A stretch of 60,754 bases of DNA, counting the filler, from an uncultured bacterium (GTDB lineage: Bacteria; DAOPZR01): the NCBI GenBank assembly GCA_964637655.1. It is 6 parts of 6 records of this genome, joined end to end, with 100 filler letters (N's around TTAATTAATTAA, not from the genome) between each part and the next. Parts side by side here need not be neighbours in the genome. Positions count along the whole stretch, not along the records: positions 30,579 to 40,585 come from CAZWUZ010000139.1; positions 40,686 to 50,676 come from CAZWUZ010000140.1; 4 more parts are not named here. One strand, 5' to 3'. The notes under the pieces were generated by a model. It saw nothing but the letters and a program-made list of their open reading frames with translations. It searched no databases and was not told where the DNA came from. This document shows, piece after piece, positions 34,937-44,861 of this stretch (position 1 is its first letter; every line of letters begins with the position of its first letter). The position numbers and the translations under genes are program-made.

Positions 34937-37033
34937 ATGGCAATGCACAAGGTAAGCATGGAGCTGGGCGGCCGCACGCTGGAAATCGAGACGGGGCGCG
35001 TGGCCAAGCAGGCGGCCGGGTCGGTGTGGGTGCGCTACGGCGACACGGTGCTGCTGGTGACGATCTGCATGGGGAGTGAGCCGAAACAGACGGACTTCTT
35101 CCCGCTCTCGGTCGAGTACCGGGAGAAGTTTTTTGCCGCGGGCAAGATCCCCGGCGGCTTCTTCAAGCGCGAGGCGCGTCCGCGCGACCGCGAGGTGCTC
35201 ATCGGGCGCATCATCGACCGCCCGATGCGCCCGCTGTTCGACAAGCGGCTGCGTTTCGAGGTGCAGGTGATGGCGACGGTGCTGTCGGCTGACGAGGTCA
35301 ATGTGCCGGACGCGATCGCGGTCATCGGCGGCTCGGCGGCGGCGTGCCTGTCGGACATCCCGTTTGCCGGCCCGGTGGGCGCGGTGATCGCCGGCATCGT
35401 CGACGGGCAGATCGTCATCAACCCGACGCGCGCGCAGATGGAAAAGAGCGAGATGGAACTGGTCGTGGCGGGGAGCAAGGATGCGGTGGTGATGGTCGAG
35501 GGCGAGGCGAAGGAAGTGCCCGAGGCGACCATGATCAAGGCGATCGAACTGGCGCACGCGGAAATCCGCAGGATCGTCGCGCTGCAGGAGGAACTGGTGG
35601 CGAAGGCGGGGAAGACCAAGCGGGTCTTCACGCTGCACAGCCCGGACCCGGCCCTGGTGGCGGAGATCGAGGCGGCCGCGGCGCCGAAACTGGCACCGAC
35701 GCTGGCCATCGCCGGCAAGCACGAGCGGGGCGAGGCGATCAGCAAGGCGACCGAGGAACTGCTGGCACCGTACCGGGTGAAATTCGCCAGCGACCCGGTG
35801 CAGCTGGCTGACGCGCAGGCGCTGATCCACGGCGTGTTCAAGAAACTGCTGCGCAAGACCATCCTCGACACGGGGGTGCGCAGCGACGGGCGCAACACCA
35901 AGCAGGTGCGGCCGATCACCATCGAGCTCGGGGTGCTGCCGCGCACGCACGGCTCGGCGCTCTTCACCCGCGGTGAGACGCAGGCGCTGGCCACGCTGAC
36001 GCTGGGGAGCAAGGCGGACGCGCAGCGCATCGACGACATCATCGGTGAGGGCACCAAGCACTACATGCTGCATTACAACTTCCCGCAGTACAGCGTCGGG
36101 GAGACGGGGCGCGTCGGCACGGGGCGCCGCGAGATCGGGCACGGCAACCTCGCCGAGCGCTCGCTGCTGCCGGTGCTGCCGGACCTCGGCGCCTTCCCCT
36201 ACACCGTCCGCATCGTTTCGGACATCACCGAGTCGAACGGCTCCTCGTCGATGGCCTCGGTCTGCGGCGGCTGCCTGGCGCTGATGGACGGCGGCGTGCC
36301 GGTCAAGAAGCCGGTGGCGGGGATCGCCATGGGGCTGATCACCGACGGCGACCGCCACGTGGTGCTGACGGACATTCTCGGGCAGGAGGACGCGCTCGGC
36401 GACATGGACTTCAAGGTGACGGGCACCGAGCAGGGCGTGACCGCCATCCAGATGGACATCAAGATCAAGGGGCTGTCGTTCGCGCTGATGGCCGAGGCGC
36501 TGGCGCAGGCGCGCGAAGGCCGCCTGCACATCCTCGGCATCATGCACCAGGCGATCGCGACGCCGCGCACGGAACTGTCGCCGTACGCGCCGCGCATCTA
36601 CTCGATGAAGATCCCGATGGACAAGATCGGCACGCTCATCGGGCCGGGCGGCAAGACCATCCGCGGGCTGTGCGAGGAATTCAAGGTCAAGATCGACGTG
36701 CAGGAGGACGGCACGGTCAACATCGCCTCGAGCGACGGCACGGCGCTGGCCGCGGCGCGCGAGAAGGTCGCCTCGCTGGTCGAGGAGGTGCAGGTGGGCA
36801 AGACCTACACCGGGCCGGTGAAGAAGTGCATGGACTTCGGCGCCTTTGTCGAGGTGCTGCCGGGGACGGACGGGCTGGTGCACATCAGCGAGCTCGACCG
36901 CCGGCACGTCAAGGCGGTGACCGAGGTGGTCAAGGAAGGCGACATCATCACCGTCAAGTGCATCGGCGTCGACAAGAACGGCAAGATCCGGCTGTCGCGC
37001 AAGGCACTGATGGATGAGGAAGAGGTCAAGTAA
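34937..37033 (+). CDS. pnp: Polyribonucleotide nucleotidyltransferase
   Basis: FFPLSVEY, GKIPGGFFKRE, HGSALFTRGETQ, RREIGHG, ESNGSSSMASVC, GDMDFKV, KH and S1 domains. Confidence 0.98.
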   Translation: MAMHKVSMELGGRTLEIETGRVAKQAAGSVWVRYGDTVLLVTICMGSEPKQTDFFPLSVEYREKFFAAGKIPGGFFKREARPRDREVLIGRIIDRPMRPLFDKRLRFEVQVMATVLSADEVNVPDAIAVIGGSAAACLSDIPFAGPVGAVIAGIVDGQIVINPTRAQMEKSEMELVVAGSKDAVVMVEGEAKEVPEATMIKAIELAHAEIRRIVALQEELVAKAGKTKRVFTLHSPDPALVAEIEAAAAPKLAPTLAIAGKHERGEAISKATEELLAPYRVKFASDPVQLADAQALIHGVFKKLLRKTILDTGVRSDGRNTKQVRPITIELGVLPRTHGSALFTRGETQALATLTLGSKADAQRIDDIIGEGTKHYMLHYNFPQYSVGETGRVGTGRREIGHGNLAERSLLPVLPDLGAFPYTVRIVSDITESNGSSSMASVCGGCLALMDGGVPVKKPVAGIAMGLITDGDRHVVLTDILGQEDALGDMDFKVTGTEQGVTAIQMDIKIKGLSFALMAEALAQAREGRLHILGIMHQAIATPRTELSPYAPRIYSMKIPMDKIGTLIGPGGKTIRGLCEEFKVKIDVQEDGTVNIASSDGTALAAAREKVASLVEEVQVGKTYTGPVKKCMDFGAFVEVLPGTDGLVHISELDRRHVKAVTEVVKEGDIITVKCIGVDKNGKIRLSRKALMDEEEVK

Positions 37034-37037
37034 GGCC

Positions 37038-38318
37038 ATGCGCGAAACCGCGGTCTGCGCCGGTCCCGGGGGGAGTACGCTCCTCCTCGAGGAGATGCGT
37101 GATACGCCGTCGGTGTCGCTCGGGTTCTGGATTCACACGGGTGGACGGGGCGAGCCCGGGAAATACGCCGGGCTCGCCCATTTCATGGAACATCTGCTGT
37201 TCAAGGGGACGGCCCGCCGCACGGCGCGGCAGCTGGTCGAGGCGATCGATGGCGTCGGGGGAAACCTCAACGCGTTTACCGCCAAGGAGTACACCGCCAT
37301 CACCTGCCACGTGCTGGCGCAGCATCTCGACCTCGCCTTCGACGTGGCCGGGGACATGTTCGCCCATGCCCGCCTCGACGCGGCGGAACTCGAACGCGAG
37401 CGGCAGGTGGTGCTCGAAGAGATCCGCATGTACGAGGACACGCCGGACGACCTCGTGCATGATGTCTATCAGCGCGTGGCCTGGGACGACGCCGGGCTGG
37501 GGCGCTCGATTCTCGGCACGGCGGCGACGCTGGCGCGGGTCGACCGCGCAGCGGCGCTCGCCTTCTACCGCCGCGCCTACCAGCCGCGCAATCTCGTCAT
37601 TTCGGTGGCGGGGGCATGCGACCGGGCGCGGGCGGAGCGCCTCGCGGCGCGCTTCGTGCGCCCGCGGGCCGGCGGCGCGCTGCCGCCGGTGGCGTCACGC
37701 GCGGCGCGCTTCCGCCCCGGGCGGGAGATCGTCGAGAAGAAGGTCGAGCAGGTGCATCTTTGTCTCGGCTGGCAGGCGCTGCGCTGGGCGGACCGGCGCC
37801 GCACCGTGATGCAGGTGCTGGGGACGGCACTGGGCGGGGGGATGTCGTCGCGCCTCTTCCAGGAGGTGCGCGAGAAGCGCGGGCTCGCCTACGCGGTGCA
37901 CGCCTATAACGCCGCCTACCGCGGCGAGGGGTCGCTCGTCTGCTATGCCGGGACCGCGCACCGCAACCTCGACAAACTCATGGGCTGCCTGCTCGCCGAA
38001 ACGGCGAAACTGGCGGAGAAGCAGCTCCCCGCGCGCGAGCTGACGCGGGTCAAGGAACAGATGAAGGGGCATCTCGTGCTCGGGCTCGAGGGGACGGGCG
38101 CGCGCATGCAGTTCAATGCCGTGCATCACTTCTACCGCGGGCGGGTGCCGCGCCTGCAGGAAGTGCTCGACGCCATCGACGCGGTGAGCGCGGCGCAGGT
38201 GCGTGACCTGGCGGGTGAACTCTTCGCGCGGCCGCCGGCACTGGCGGCCATCGGGCCGGCCGGCGATTACCGCGCCGTCGACCGCCACCTGCAGCGCGCC
38301 TACCCGCGCCACGCCTGA
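37038..38318 (+). CDS. M16 family zinc metallopeptidase
   Basis: HFMEHLLFKGT (HXXEH), NAFT.KE, ER.VVLEE, GGGMSSRLFQEVREKRGLAY. Confidence 0.93.
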   Translation: MRETAVCAGPGGSTLLLEEMRDTPSVSLGFWIHTGGRGEPGKYAGLAHFMEHLLFKGTARRTARQLVEAIDGVGGNLNAFTAKEYTAITCHVLAQHLDLAFDVAGDMFAHARLDAAELERERQVVLEEIRMYEDTPDDLVHDVYQRVAWDDAGLGRSILGTAATLARVDRAAALAFYRRAYQPRNLVISVAGACDRARAERLAARFVRPRAGGALPPVASRAARFRPGREIVEKKVEQVHLCLGWQALRWADRRRTVMQVLGTALGGGMSSRLFQEVREKRGLAYAVHAYNAAYRGEGSLVCYAGTAHRNLDKLMGCLLAETAKLAEKQLPARELTRVKEQMKGHLVLGLEGTGARMQFNAVHHFYRGRVPRLQEVLDAIDAVSAAQVRDLAGELFARPPALAAIGPAGDYRAVDRHLQRAYPRHA

Positions 38319-38325
38319 GGCCCGC

Positions 38326-39168
38326 ATGGACCTGCTGCAGGCGATGGTCTTCGGCATCATCCAGGGGCTGACGGAGTTTCTGCCGGTCAGTTCCTCCGCC
38401 CATCTCGACCTCTACAGCCATCTCGTCGGGCTGCACTACAGCGACGAGCAGAAGGTTGCTTTTTTTGCCGTGCTGCATCTCGGGTCGCTCGGCGCGGTCA
38501 TCGCGCTCTTCTGGCGCGACCTGCTGAAACTGGTGCCGGCGATTCCGTCGGCTACGCGCAAACTGCTGACCGGGCGCTGGCGTCTCTTCCGTCTCTACGA
38601 AAAACTGCTCTTCCTGCTGGCCCTCGGCACGCTGCCGGCCGGAATTATCGGGGTGCTGGCCGAGGATGCCATCGAGGCGGCGTTCGGCAGCATCACCATG
38701 GTCGGCTTCTGCCTCGTGCTCACCGGCTGTCTGCTCTGGCTGACCCGCCTGCTGCCGACGGGCTACACCGGCATTGCCGGGATGCGGCCGCGCCAGGCCG
38801 TGGCCATCGGCTGCGCGCAGGCGCTCGCCATCCTGCCCGGCATCTCGCGCTCGGGGTCGACCATCGTCGCCGGACTGGCTCTTGGTCTTGACCGGGAAAT
38901 TGCCGCGCGCTTCTCGTTCCTCCTCTCGCTGCCGGTGGTGGCGGGGGCGGGGCTGCTGAAACTGGGGAGCATCCTGAACGCGGCGGAGAGCACCGCGCTG
39001 CTGCTGCCGGCGCTGGTCGGTGCGCTCTTTGCCTTTGTCAGCAGTTTCCTCGCCCTGCGCTGGCTGCTGCAGTGGGTCAAGCAGGGCGCGCTCTGGTGGT
39101 TCGCCCCCTACCTGTGGGCGACCGGCCTGCTGGTGCTGGTCGTGCAGGAATACCGTCTCGCCCTCTGA
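38326..39168 (+). CDS. uppP: Undecaprenyl-diphosphatase BacA/UppP
   Basis: GIIQGLTEFLPVSSSAHL, PGISRSGSTI, ARFSFLLS.P. Confidence 0.96.
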   Translation: MDLLQAMVFGIIQGLTEFLPVSSSAHLDLYSHLVGLHYSDEQKVAFFAVLHLGSLGAVIALFWRDLLKLVPAIPSATRKLLTGRWRLFRLYEKLLFLLALGTLPAGIIGVLAEDAIEAAFGSITMVGFCLVLTGCLLWLTRLLPTGYTGIAGMRPRQAVAIGCAQALAILPGISRSGSTIVAGLALGLDREIAARFSFLLSLPVVAGAGLLKLGSILNAAESTALLLPALVGALFAFVSSFLALRWLLQWVKQGALWWFAPYLWATGLLVLVVQEYRLAL

Positions 39169-39243
39169 CCGTTCCCCGGTTGTCATGATCGTGCGGCAGG
39201 GCATGCCGTTGCCGGCCGGATATGGTATACTTGCGGAGGAAGG

Positions 39244-40008
39244 ATGGTGAGGCGCATGCGACGTCTGCTGCTGCTGGCGCTGATTGCGGCCGTGGCCTGT
39301 CTGGGCGGCTGCGATTACATGAAACTGCTCAATATCCGCTACGACCCGGTGACGGCGGGGGCACCGCGCTACCCGTTCAACGGGCGCGCCCCGGCAGGGG
39401 TGGTTCTCCCCTTCGCCATGGGCAGCACAACCAACTACGGTTCCTGCTACGTCGGGGAGTTCGTGTCGACCTTCGGCACGCTCGAAGACCGTGCGTTTGC
39501 CGAATCGTCGGTCAACGACATCGTCGCCGGGGCGATGGCGGACGAACTCAATTACGGCGGGTTCACGGTGTATGATGAGCGCAACTCGCCGCAGTTTGCC
39601 GTCAACGAGGCGAAACTCGCCGAGCTCTGCCGCGAGCTGCGCCGCAAGCATCCCGACGCCGACTTCGCGGTGGGCGGGACCATCACCCGCTTCTGGGCGC
39701 GCGCCAAGTCGTTCTTCTGGGCGGTGCGCGTCAATGCCGATGTCGAACTGCAGAGTTATGTCATCGACGTGCGCGCCAGCCGCATCATCTTCAAGTCGCA
39801 GGTGACCGGCAGCCGGGACGGGGCGCGCCAGTACGTCGGGGCGGGGCGCATGAAGGTCCTGCTGCAGGAGGCGCTGGCCGAGACGGTGGGCAAGACGCTG
39901 CGCAACCCGCAGGTGGTTGAGTTCTTCAACCGCACGGCGGAGCGGCGCGCGGCCCCGGCCCGCATCCCGGAACCCGCGGCCCCGGCACCCTCCCCTGACG
40001 CCGGCTGA
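39244..40008 (+). CDS. Putative lipoprotein
   Basis: Basic N-terminus, hydrophobic core and LGGC lipobox; AGGA RBS; function unknown. Confidence 0.7.
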   Translation: MVRRMRRLLLLALIAAVACLGGCDYMKLLNIRYDPVTAGAPRYPFNGRAPAGVVLPFAMGSTTNYGSCYVGEFVSTFGTLEDRAFAESSVNDIVAGAMADELNYGGFTVYDERNSPQFAVNEAKLAELCRELRRKHPDADFAVGGTITRFWARAKSFFWAVRVNADVELQSYVIDVRASRIIFKSQVTGSRDGARQYVGAGRMKVLLQEALAETVGKTLRNPQVVEFFNRTAERRAAPARIPEPAAPAPSPDAG

Positions 40009-40015
40009 GTCCCGC

Positions 40016-40585
40016 ATGCCGGCTGATCCGCGCGGGTTGACGCTGGCGGAACTCACCGCGGCGTTCACGGCGTCGGGGCGCCCCGCCTACCGCGCCGAAC
40101 AGGTGCTCCGCTGGCTGCACCGCGGCGCGGCAACCTACGAAACCATGACCAATCTCCCGCTGGCTGATCGCGTGGCCTGCACCCGCGACTGGCCCTTCGT
40201 TCCGCTGCGCGAGTGCGACCGGGTCAGCCGTGCCGACGGGACGGTGAAATTCCGCTGGGCGCTGGCGGACGGCCACACCATCGAGAGCGTGGTGCTCCCC
40301 GGGACGCGCGGGCGCGGCACGCTCTGCGTCAGTGCGCAGGTCGGCTGCGCGCTGCGCTGCGCCTTCTGCGCCACCGGGCAGCAGGGGTTTGTGCGCGACC
40401 TGACGGCGGCGGAGATCGTCGACCAGGCCATCCGCGCGCGGGCGCTGGGGTTTGCGTTCAGCAATATCGTGCTCATGGGCATGGGCGAACCGCTGCTCAA
40501 TTACGCGAACGTGCTGCAGGCGGTGCGCATCCTCAACGAGGATGCCGGGCTCAACTTCGGGCGGCGTCGCGTCACCATCTCGACC
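40016..40585 (+). CDS. rlmN: 23S rRNA m2A2503 methyltransferase RlmN, 5' part
   Basis: YRA.Q...W, DGT.K, IESV, CVSAQVGCALRCAFCATG, MGMGEPL.N, R.VTIST. Confidence 0.95.
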
Positions 40586-40685
40586 NNNNNNNNNNNNNNN
40601 NNNNNNNNNNNNNNNNNNNNNNNNNNNNNTTAATTAATTAANNNNNNNNNNNNNNNNNNNNNNNNNNNNNNNNNNNNNNNNNNNN
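40586..40685. other. Artificial contig spacer
   Basis: N-run / TTAATTAATTAA / N-run. Confidence 0.99.
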
Positions 40686-40771
40686 AACCCTGGGTATGGG
40701 TTGAGCGTGTCCTGAATCGGCAGCCGGGTCGAGGTCATGCGCGCCGTGATCACCCCGATTATCGCCCGCAT
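40686..40771 (-). CDS. 5' fragment of a nonulosonate cytidylyltransferase (SpsF/PseF-like)
   Basis: GAGGAG RBS, then MRAIIGVITARMTSTRLP (ARxxSxRLP motif); ends at the contig edge. Confidence 0.65.
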
Positions 40772-40781
40772 CCGCTCCTCC

Positions 40782-42278
40782 TCATGCCTGCCGGTCTGCT
40801 TCGCCGCGGCCGCGGTAATGCCGGCGCTGCCACCAGCGGTGCAGCGCCTTGTCGAGCGGCAGCGCGTACCAGCCGCGCCGGTTGCGCAGGCGCGCAAGCG
40901 CGGCACAGGCGCGGTTGAACCCGCGCGCCAGGCTGCTGGCCAGCTGCTGGTCCCCCAGGCGGATGGTGCTTTCCATGTTCTGGTAGTACGCGGCCCGCGT
41001 TCCCCATTCGCCATCCACCTGCCACGGGCGGCGCAGCTCCGCCGCGGTGTACAGTTCAATAATCTCCGGTGCCGCCCACGCCGCAAAATCCGCCGGCTCG
41101 GCGAACACCCCGTCACGCTGCAATTGCCCGGTCAGCGCGCAGCGCGGATAGGGGCGGAACGTCACCACCCCGCAGGCGAAACGCGGGTAGCGGCGCAGCC
41201 GGTTGATCAGTGCGACCGTGGCCCGCAGGTCGGCAGGTGTCTCGCCGGGCACGTCAAGCATGAACGACGAGTGCGGGATAATGTCATGCCGGTCGCAGGC
41301 CGCCACCGCCTGCTCCGCCTGCTGCGGCGTTATCCCCTTGCGCATCAGGCACAGGGTATGCGGCGAGCCGGACTCGATCCCGAGAATCAGCTGCACCAGC
41401 CCGGAACGGCGCAGCAGCGCCAGCGTCTCATCATCCAGCAGGCCGGAGCGGAAATAGTCGCACCGGCACTCCGCATCCCAGGTGATGCCCGGGCACTGCG
41501 CCAGCAGTCCGCTCGCGATCTGCCGCGCGCGCGGCACATCGACGAAGAAATTGTCGTCGATGAACTTGACGTGGGTGATGCCGTGCCGCCGGACCAGTTC
41601 CGCGACATCGGCAATCACCGTTGCCGCGCGTTTGGCCCGCCAGTGCCGGTTGCCTGCCACCACGTTGATGCAGAAAGCGCATTCCGACGGACAGCCTCGG
41701 CTCGTCTCGTACGGCAGCCAGCGCACCGGGCCGGTCAGCCGGCGATAGAACGGGTCGGTCAGCGGCGCGGTGATGAAGTGCTCGCTTTCCCGCGTCAGCG
41801 TGTAGTCGGGCGCCGGCAGTGCCGTGATCTCCACCGGCGCCCGCAGCACCGCCGGTGCCGGCGGCGCGCACCCGTCACGCAGCTGCCGGCAGAGCGCCAG
41901 CAGCGCCGTTTCCCCCTCGCCGGTTATCGTGTAATCAATCAGTCCGCTCGCCGCCGCCTGCTCCGGGAACAGGGTGATATGCCAGCCGCCGGCGGCGACC
42001 GGGACACCGCTGCCGCGCAGGCGGCGCAACAGACGGAGCGCCGCCGGCATTTCCGCGGTCAGCACCGAGATGCCGACCAGCAGGGCGCGCGGCAGCAGAC
42101 GCGTCAGTTCCGCCTCCGGATCCGCCAGCAGCGCCGCGTTGACGATCTCCGTGCGGAATCCGTCCCGCTGCAGCACCGTCGCCAGCTGGAGCAGGTTCAG
42201 CGGCGGGTAGTGGTTGAACGCGTAGACGTTCTCCGGCCGGAGCAGGATGACCGTATCGCGCGGCGTGGCGGTCGTCAC
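40782..42278 (-). CDS. Cobalamin-binding radical SAM protein
   Basis: PPLNL..LA, GGWH.T, GEGE, TSRGCPSECAFC, FIDDNF, GIESGS, PGET. Confidence 0.9.
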   Translation of the reverse strand: MTTATPRDTVILLRPENVYAFNHYPPLNLLQLATVLQRDGFRTEIVNAALLADPEAELTRLLPRALLVGISVLTAEMPAALRLLRRLRGSGVPVAAGGWHITLFPEQAAASGLIDYTITGEGETALLALCRQLRDGCAPPAPAVLRAPVEITALPAPDYTLTRESEHFITAPLTDPFYRRLTGPVRWLPYETSRGCPSECAFCINVVAGNRHWRAKRAATVIADVAELVRRHGITHVKFIDDNFFVDVPRARQIASGLLAQCPGITWDAECRCDYFRSGLLDDETLALLRRSGLVQLILGIESGSPHTLCLMRKGITPQQAEQAVAACDRHDIIPHSSFMLDVPGETPADLRATVALINRLRRYPRFACGVVTFRPYPRCALTGQLQRDGVFAEPADFAAWAAPEIIELYTAAELRRPWQVDGEWGTRAAYYQNMESTIRLGDQQLASSLARGFNRACAALARLRNRRGWYALPLDKALHRWWQRRHYRGRGEADRQA

Positions 42279-43321
42279 AGCAGCAGGTCCCAGTGCAGCG
42301 GTGTTCCGGCCGGCACATCGCGCACCAGGCGCCGCCCGATGACCTCGGGCAGGTGGCGCGGGTGCAGTCCCGTCCCCGGCCGCACCGAGCGCACCAGGTC
42401 GTTCGTCAGCACCGTTCCGGCCGCGGCTGCCGCGGTGATGAAGAGCGAGCGGGCGAAATAGCGGTTGCGGCGCATCCCGCCGGTAACCGCGTAGCCGTCA
42501 GTCCCCAGCGCCTGTTCCGTCTCGCGGATGGCGCGTACCATCGCGGCGAATTCGTCCGGGATCAGCGAGAAGGCTGCGTCCGGGCCGCCGAGCGTGCGGT
42601 CGAGGATGAAATGCTTCTCCACCGCGCGCGCCCCGAGTGCCACCGCCGCCACCGGCACGGTCCAGCCCGGGGTGTGATCCGACAGGCCGACCGGGACCCC
42701 GTACGTCGACGCCAGCCAGGGGATGCTGCGCAGGTTGCTCTCCGCCGCCGGCGCCGGGTAGGCCGACGTGCATTGCATCAGCATCACGCGGTCGTTTCCC
42801 GCCCCGCGCAGCGCGGCAAGCGCTTCGTCGATATCGGCGCGTTCGGCGATGCCGGTCGACAGCAGCACGGGCTTGCCGCACGCCGCGATGCGGCGCAGCA
42901 GCGGCACATCGGTGATTTCGAACGACGCCACCTTGTACGCCGGCACCGCGAGACGTTCGAGGAATTCGACGGCTGTCGGATCGAACGGCGACGAAAACCA
43001 CAGCAGCCCGAGGCGCCGCGCCTCATCGCGCAGCGGCTCGTGCCATGCCCACGGGGTCATCGCCTCACGGTACAGGTCGTAGAGCGTCCGTCCGTCCCAC
43101 AGGCCCCCGGTGCGGATACGGAAATGCTCGTTGTCCACCGGCAGGGTCAGCGTGTCGGGGGTGTAGGTCTGCAGCTTGACCGCGTCCGCGCCGGCCTCTT
43201 TCATCGCCGCCAGCGTGCGCAGGGCCACGGCGAAGTCCTGACGGTGGTTGCACGACAGTTCCGCGATAATCAGCACCGGCTGCCCGGGGTCGCCGCTGAA
43301 GCGTGCTGCGTGGTCGTTCAC
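42275..43321 (-). CDS. pseI: Pseudaminic acid synthase (NeuB family)
   Basis: IIAELSCNH, KLQTYTPDTLT, YKVASFEITD, GLSDHT, EKHF, SAF domain RPG.GL; GTG start after GGAGGA. Confidence 0.88.
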   Translation of the reverse strand: MNDHAARFSGDPGQPVLIIAELSCNHRQDFAVALRTLAAMKEAGADAVKLQTYTPDTLTLPVDNEHFRIRTGGLWDGRTLYDLYREAMTPWAWHEPLRDEARRLGLLWFSSPFDPTAVEFLERLAVPAYKVASFEITDVPLLRRIAACGKPVLLSTGIAERADIDEALAALRGAGNDRVMLMQCTSAYPAPAAESNLRSIPWLASTYGVPVGLSDHTPGWTVPVAAVALGARAVEKHFILDRTLGGPDAAFSLIPDEFAAMVRAIRETEQALGTDGYAVTGGMRRNRYFARSLFITAAAAAGTVLTNDLVRSVRPGTGLHPRHLPEVIGRRLVRDVPAGTPLHWDLLL

Positions 43322-43917
43322 GTTGTTCCTCCGCTGCGGTGCACTGCATACCGCCGCCGCAGTTCCGCCGCCGTCAGGTTCCACCCCTCGGGTTCCAGCA
43401 GGTGCGCCAGCGCGGCGAATTCCGCCCGCCGGTGGCAGCTGCCGCCCGCTTTCTGCCGTTGCCGCGGCGCTGTCCCCGCGCGCAGCGCGGGCCAGACCCG
43501 CAGAAACAGTTCCCGCACGCGGCGGTTGAGTTCCGCATAGGTCTCCGCCATGGTCTCCGTCTCCGCGAACCCGATTTCCTCGCGGGCGATGATGTCCCCC
43601 GTGTCGAGATGCGCATCGACGTGATGCACTGTCACCCCGCGCGGCGTGCCGTCGATGACGCTCCAGAAATTCGGGTCGGCGCCCCGGTTCCACGGCAGCC
43701 AGGATATGTGCAGGTTGACGATGCGCCCGGGAAAGCAATCAATCACTTCCGGGGTGATGAGGTGCCGGTAGTTGTAACTGACGATGAATTCGGTCTGCAG
43801 TTCCGCCAGCAGCGCGGGCGTGACCGGACTGTCGCTGACAGAAACGCGTTCGCCGCGCGCCGTGAGCTCCGCCGCCAGTTCGCCGGCGCCGTTGCCGCTC
43901 AGCAGGAGCACGTTCAT
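43318..43917 (-). CDS. Sugar N-formyltransferase
   Basis: SYNYRHLI, NLHISWLPWNRGADPNFWS, GVTVH, LDTGDII. Confidence 0.85.
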   Translation of the reverse strand: MNVLLLSGNGAGELAAELTARGERVSVSDSPVTPALLAELQTEFIVSYNYRHLITPEVIDCFPGRIVNLHISWLPWNRGADPNFWSVIDGTPRGVTVHHVDAHLDTGDIIAREEIGFAETETMAETYAELNRRVRELFLRVWPALRAGTAPRQRQKAGGSCHRRAEFAALAHLLEPEGWNLTAAELRRRYAVHRSGGTT

Positions 43918-44861
43918 GCGGCAAGATCCAGCAGCGCACGTGCGAGCCGGATCGCCCCGTCGCCGTCGATCAGTGCGCGCGCACGGCGCGCACGGTCGGC
44001 ACGCGTGGCGGCGTCCAGCGCCTGCACCTGCGCCGCAACAGCCGCCGCCGCCGGCCGCACTCCCGTGTCAGCCGCCAGGCCCGCGCGCACAAAGCCGTCG
44101 ATGTTGCTGCGCTGGTTGTCAGCGGTCGCCAGCACCACCGCCGGCACTCCGGCCGCCGCCAGTTCGTACAGGGTCTGTCCGCCGGCCGTCACCGCGATAT
44201 CCGCCGCCAGCATCTCGTCACGCAGTGCGGCGGCCGTCAGGTAGGGAAGGCCGGTGCAGCCGGCCGCGCTGAACCCGACCGTGCGTATCTCAACAGGCGC
44301 CAGCAGCTCCGCCAGTTCGCTCCCCAGCCGGATAAAATACGGTTCGGCTGCGCCCCCGCCCGCGAGCAGCAGCAGGCGCCGCACCTCTGTGCGGACCTCC
44401 CGGGCCGGCAGGCGGCGGAATTCACGGCGCAGCGGCGCATACTGTGCGCCCAGCAGGTAGCGGCATCCGCCATCGCGGGGGTACGGGAGCAGCTCCGCCC
44501 CGAGCGCTGTATTGATGACGATGCCGCCGTCGTATGGCAGGCGTAGCGTGTCGTCGAAGAATGCCGTGTGCCGGCACGCCTGCAGCGCCGCCGCGCACCA
44601 GGCCGCGTCAACGCGGTATGAATCGACCACCAGCAGGTCGGCACCGGCCGCCAGGGTTGTCGCCGCCTGCCCGCCCCACGCCACCCGCCGGTGCGGCAGC
44701 CCTGCCAGCAGTGCAGCACGCGCGTCGTCGCATTCCGCCAGGACCGTCACCTGCGCGCCGGCAGCCTGCAGTTCCTCTGCCAGCACACGGCTGCGCATGA
44801 GGTGCCCCGCCCCGCGCCGGGCATCGCCTTCGGTCAGCACGGTTGCACGCACCGTCAGCAC
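43914..44861 (-). CDS. pseG: PseG/SpsG-like UDP-sugar hydrolase
   Basis: G.GHLMRS, VVDSY, DD, G..YAPLRREF, AGGQTLYE, ADNQ, IDGDGA.R. Confidence 0.8.
   Translation of the reverse strand: MLTVRATVLTEGDARRGAGHLMRSRVLAEELQAAGAQVTVLAECDDARAALLAGLPHRRVAWGGQAATTLAAGADLLVVDSYRVDAAWCAAALQACRHTAFFDDTLRLPYDGGIVINTALGAELLPYPRDGGCRYLLGAQYAPLRREFRRLPAREVRTEVRRLLLLAGGGAAEPYFIRLGSELAELLAPVEIRTVGFSAAGCTGLPYLTAAALRDEMLAADIAVTAGGQTLYELAAAGVPAVVLATADNQRSNIDGFVRAGLAADTGVRPAAAAVAAQVQALDAATRADRARRARALIDGDGAIRLARALLDLAA

Noticed and set aside
40686-40718. The cytidylyltransferase diverges after STRLP (IQDTLNPYPG instead of the usual GK), suggesting disruption
   Set aside because: Only about 30 bp at a contig edge; it cannot be distinguished from an assembly artefact.
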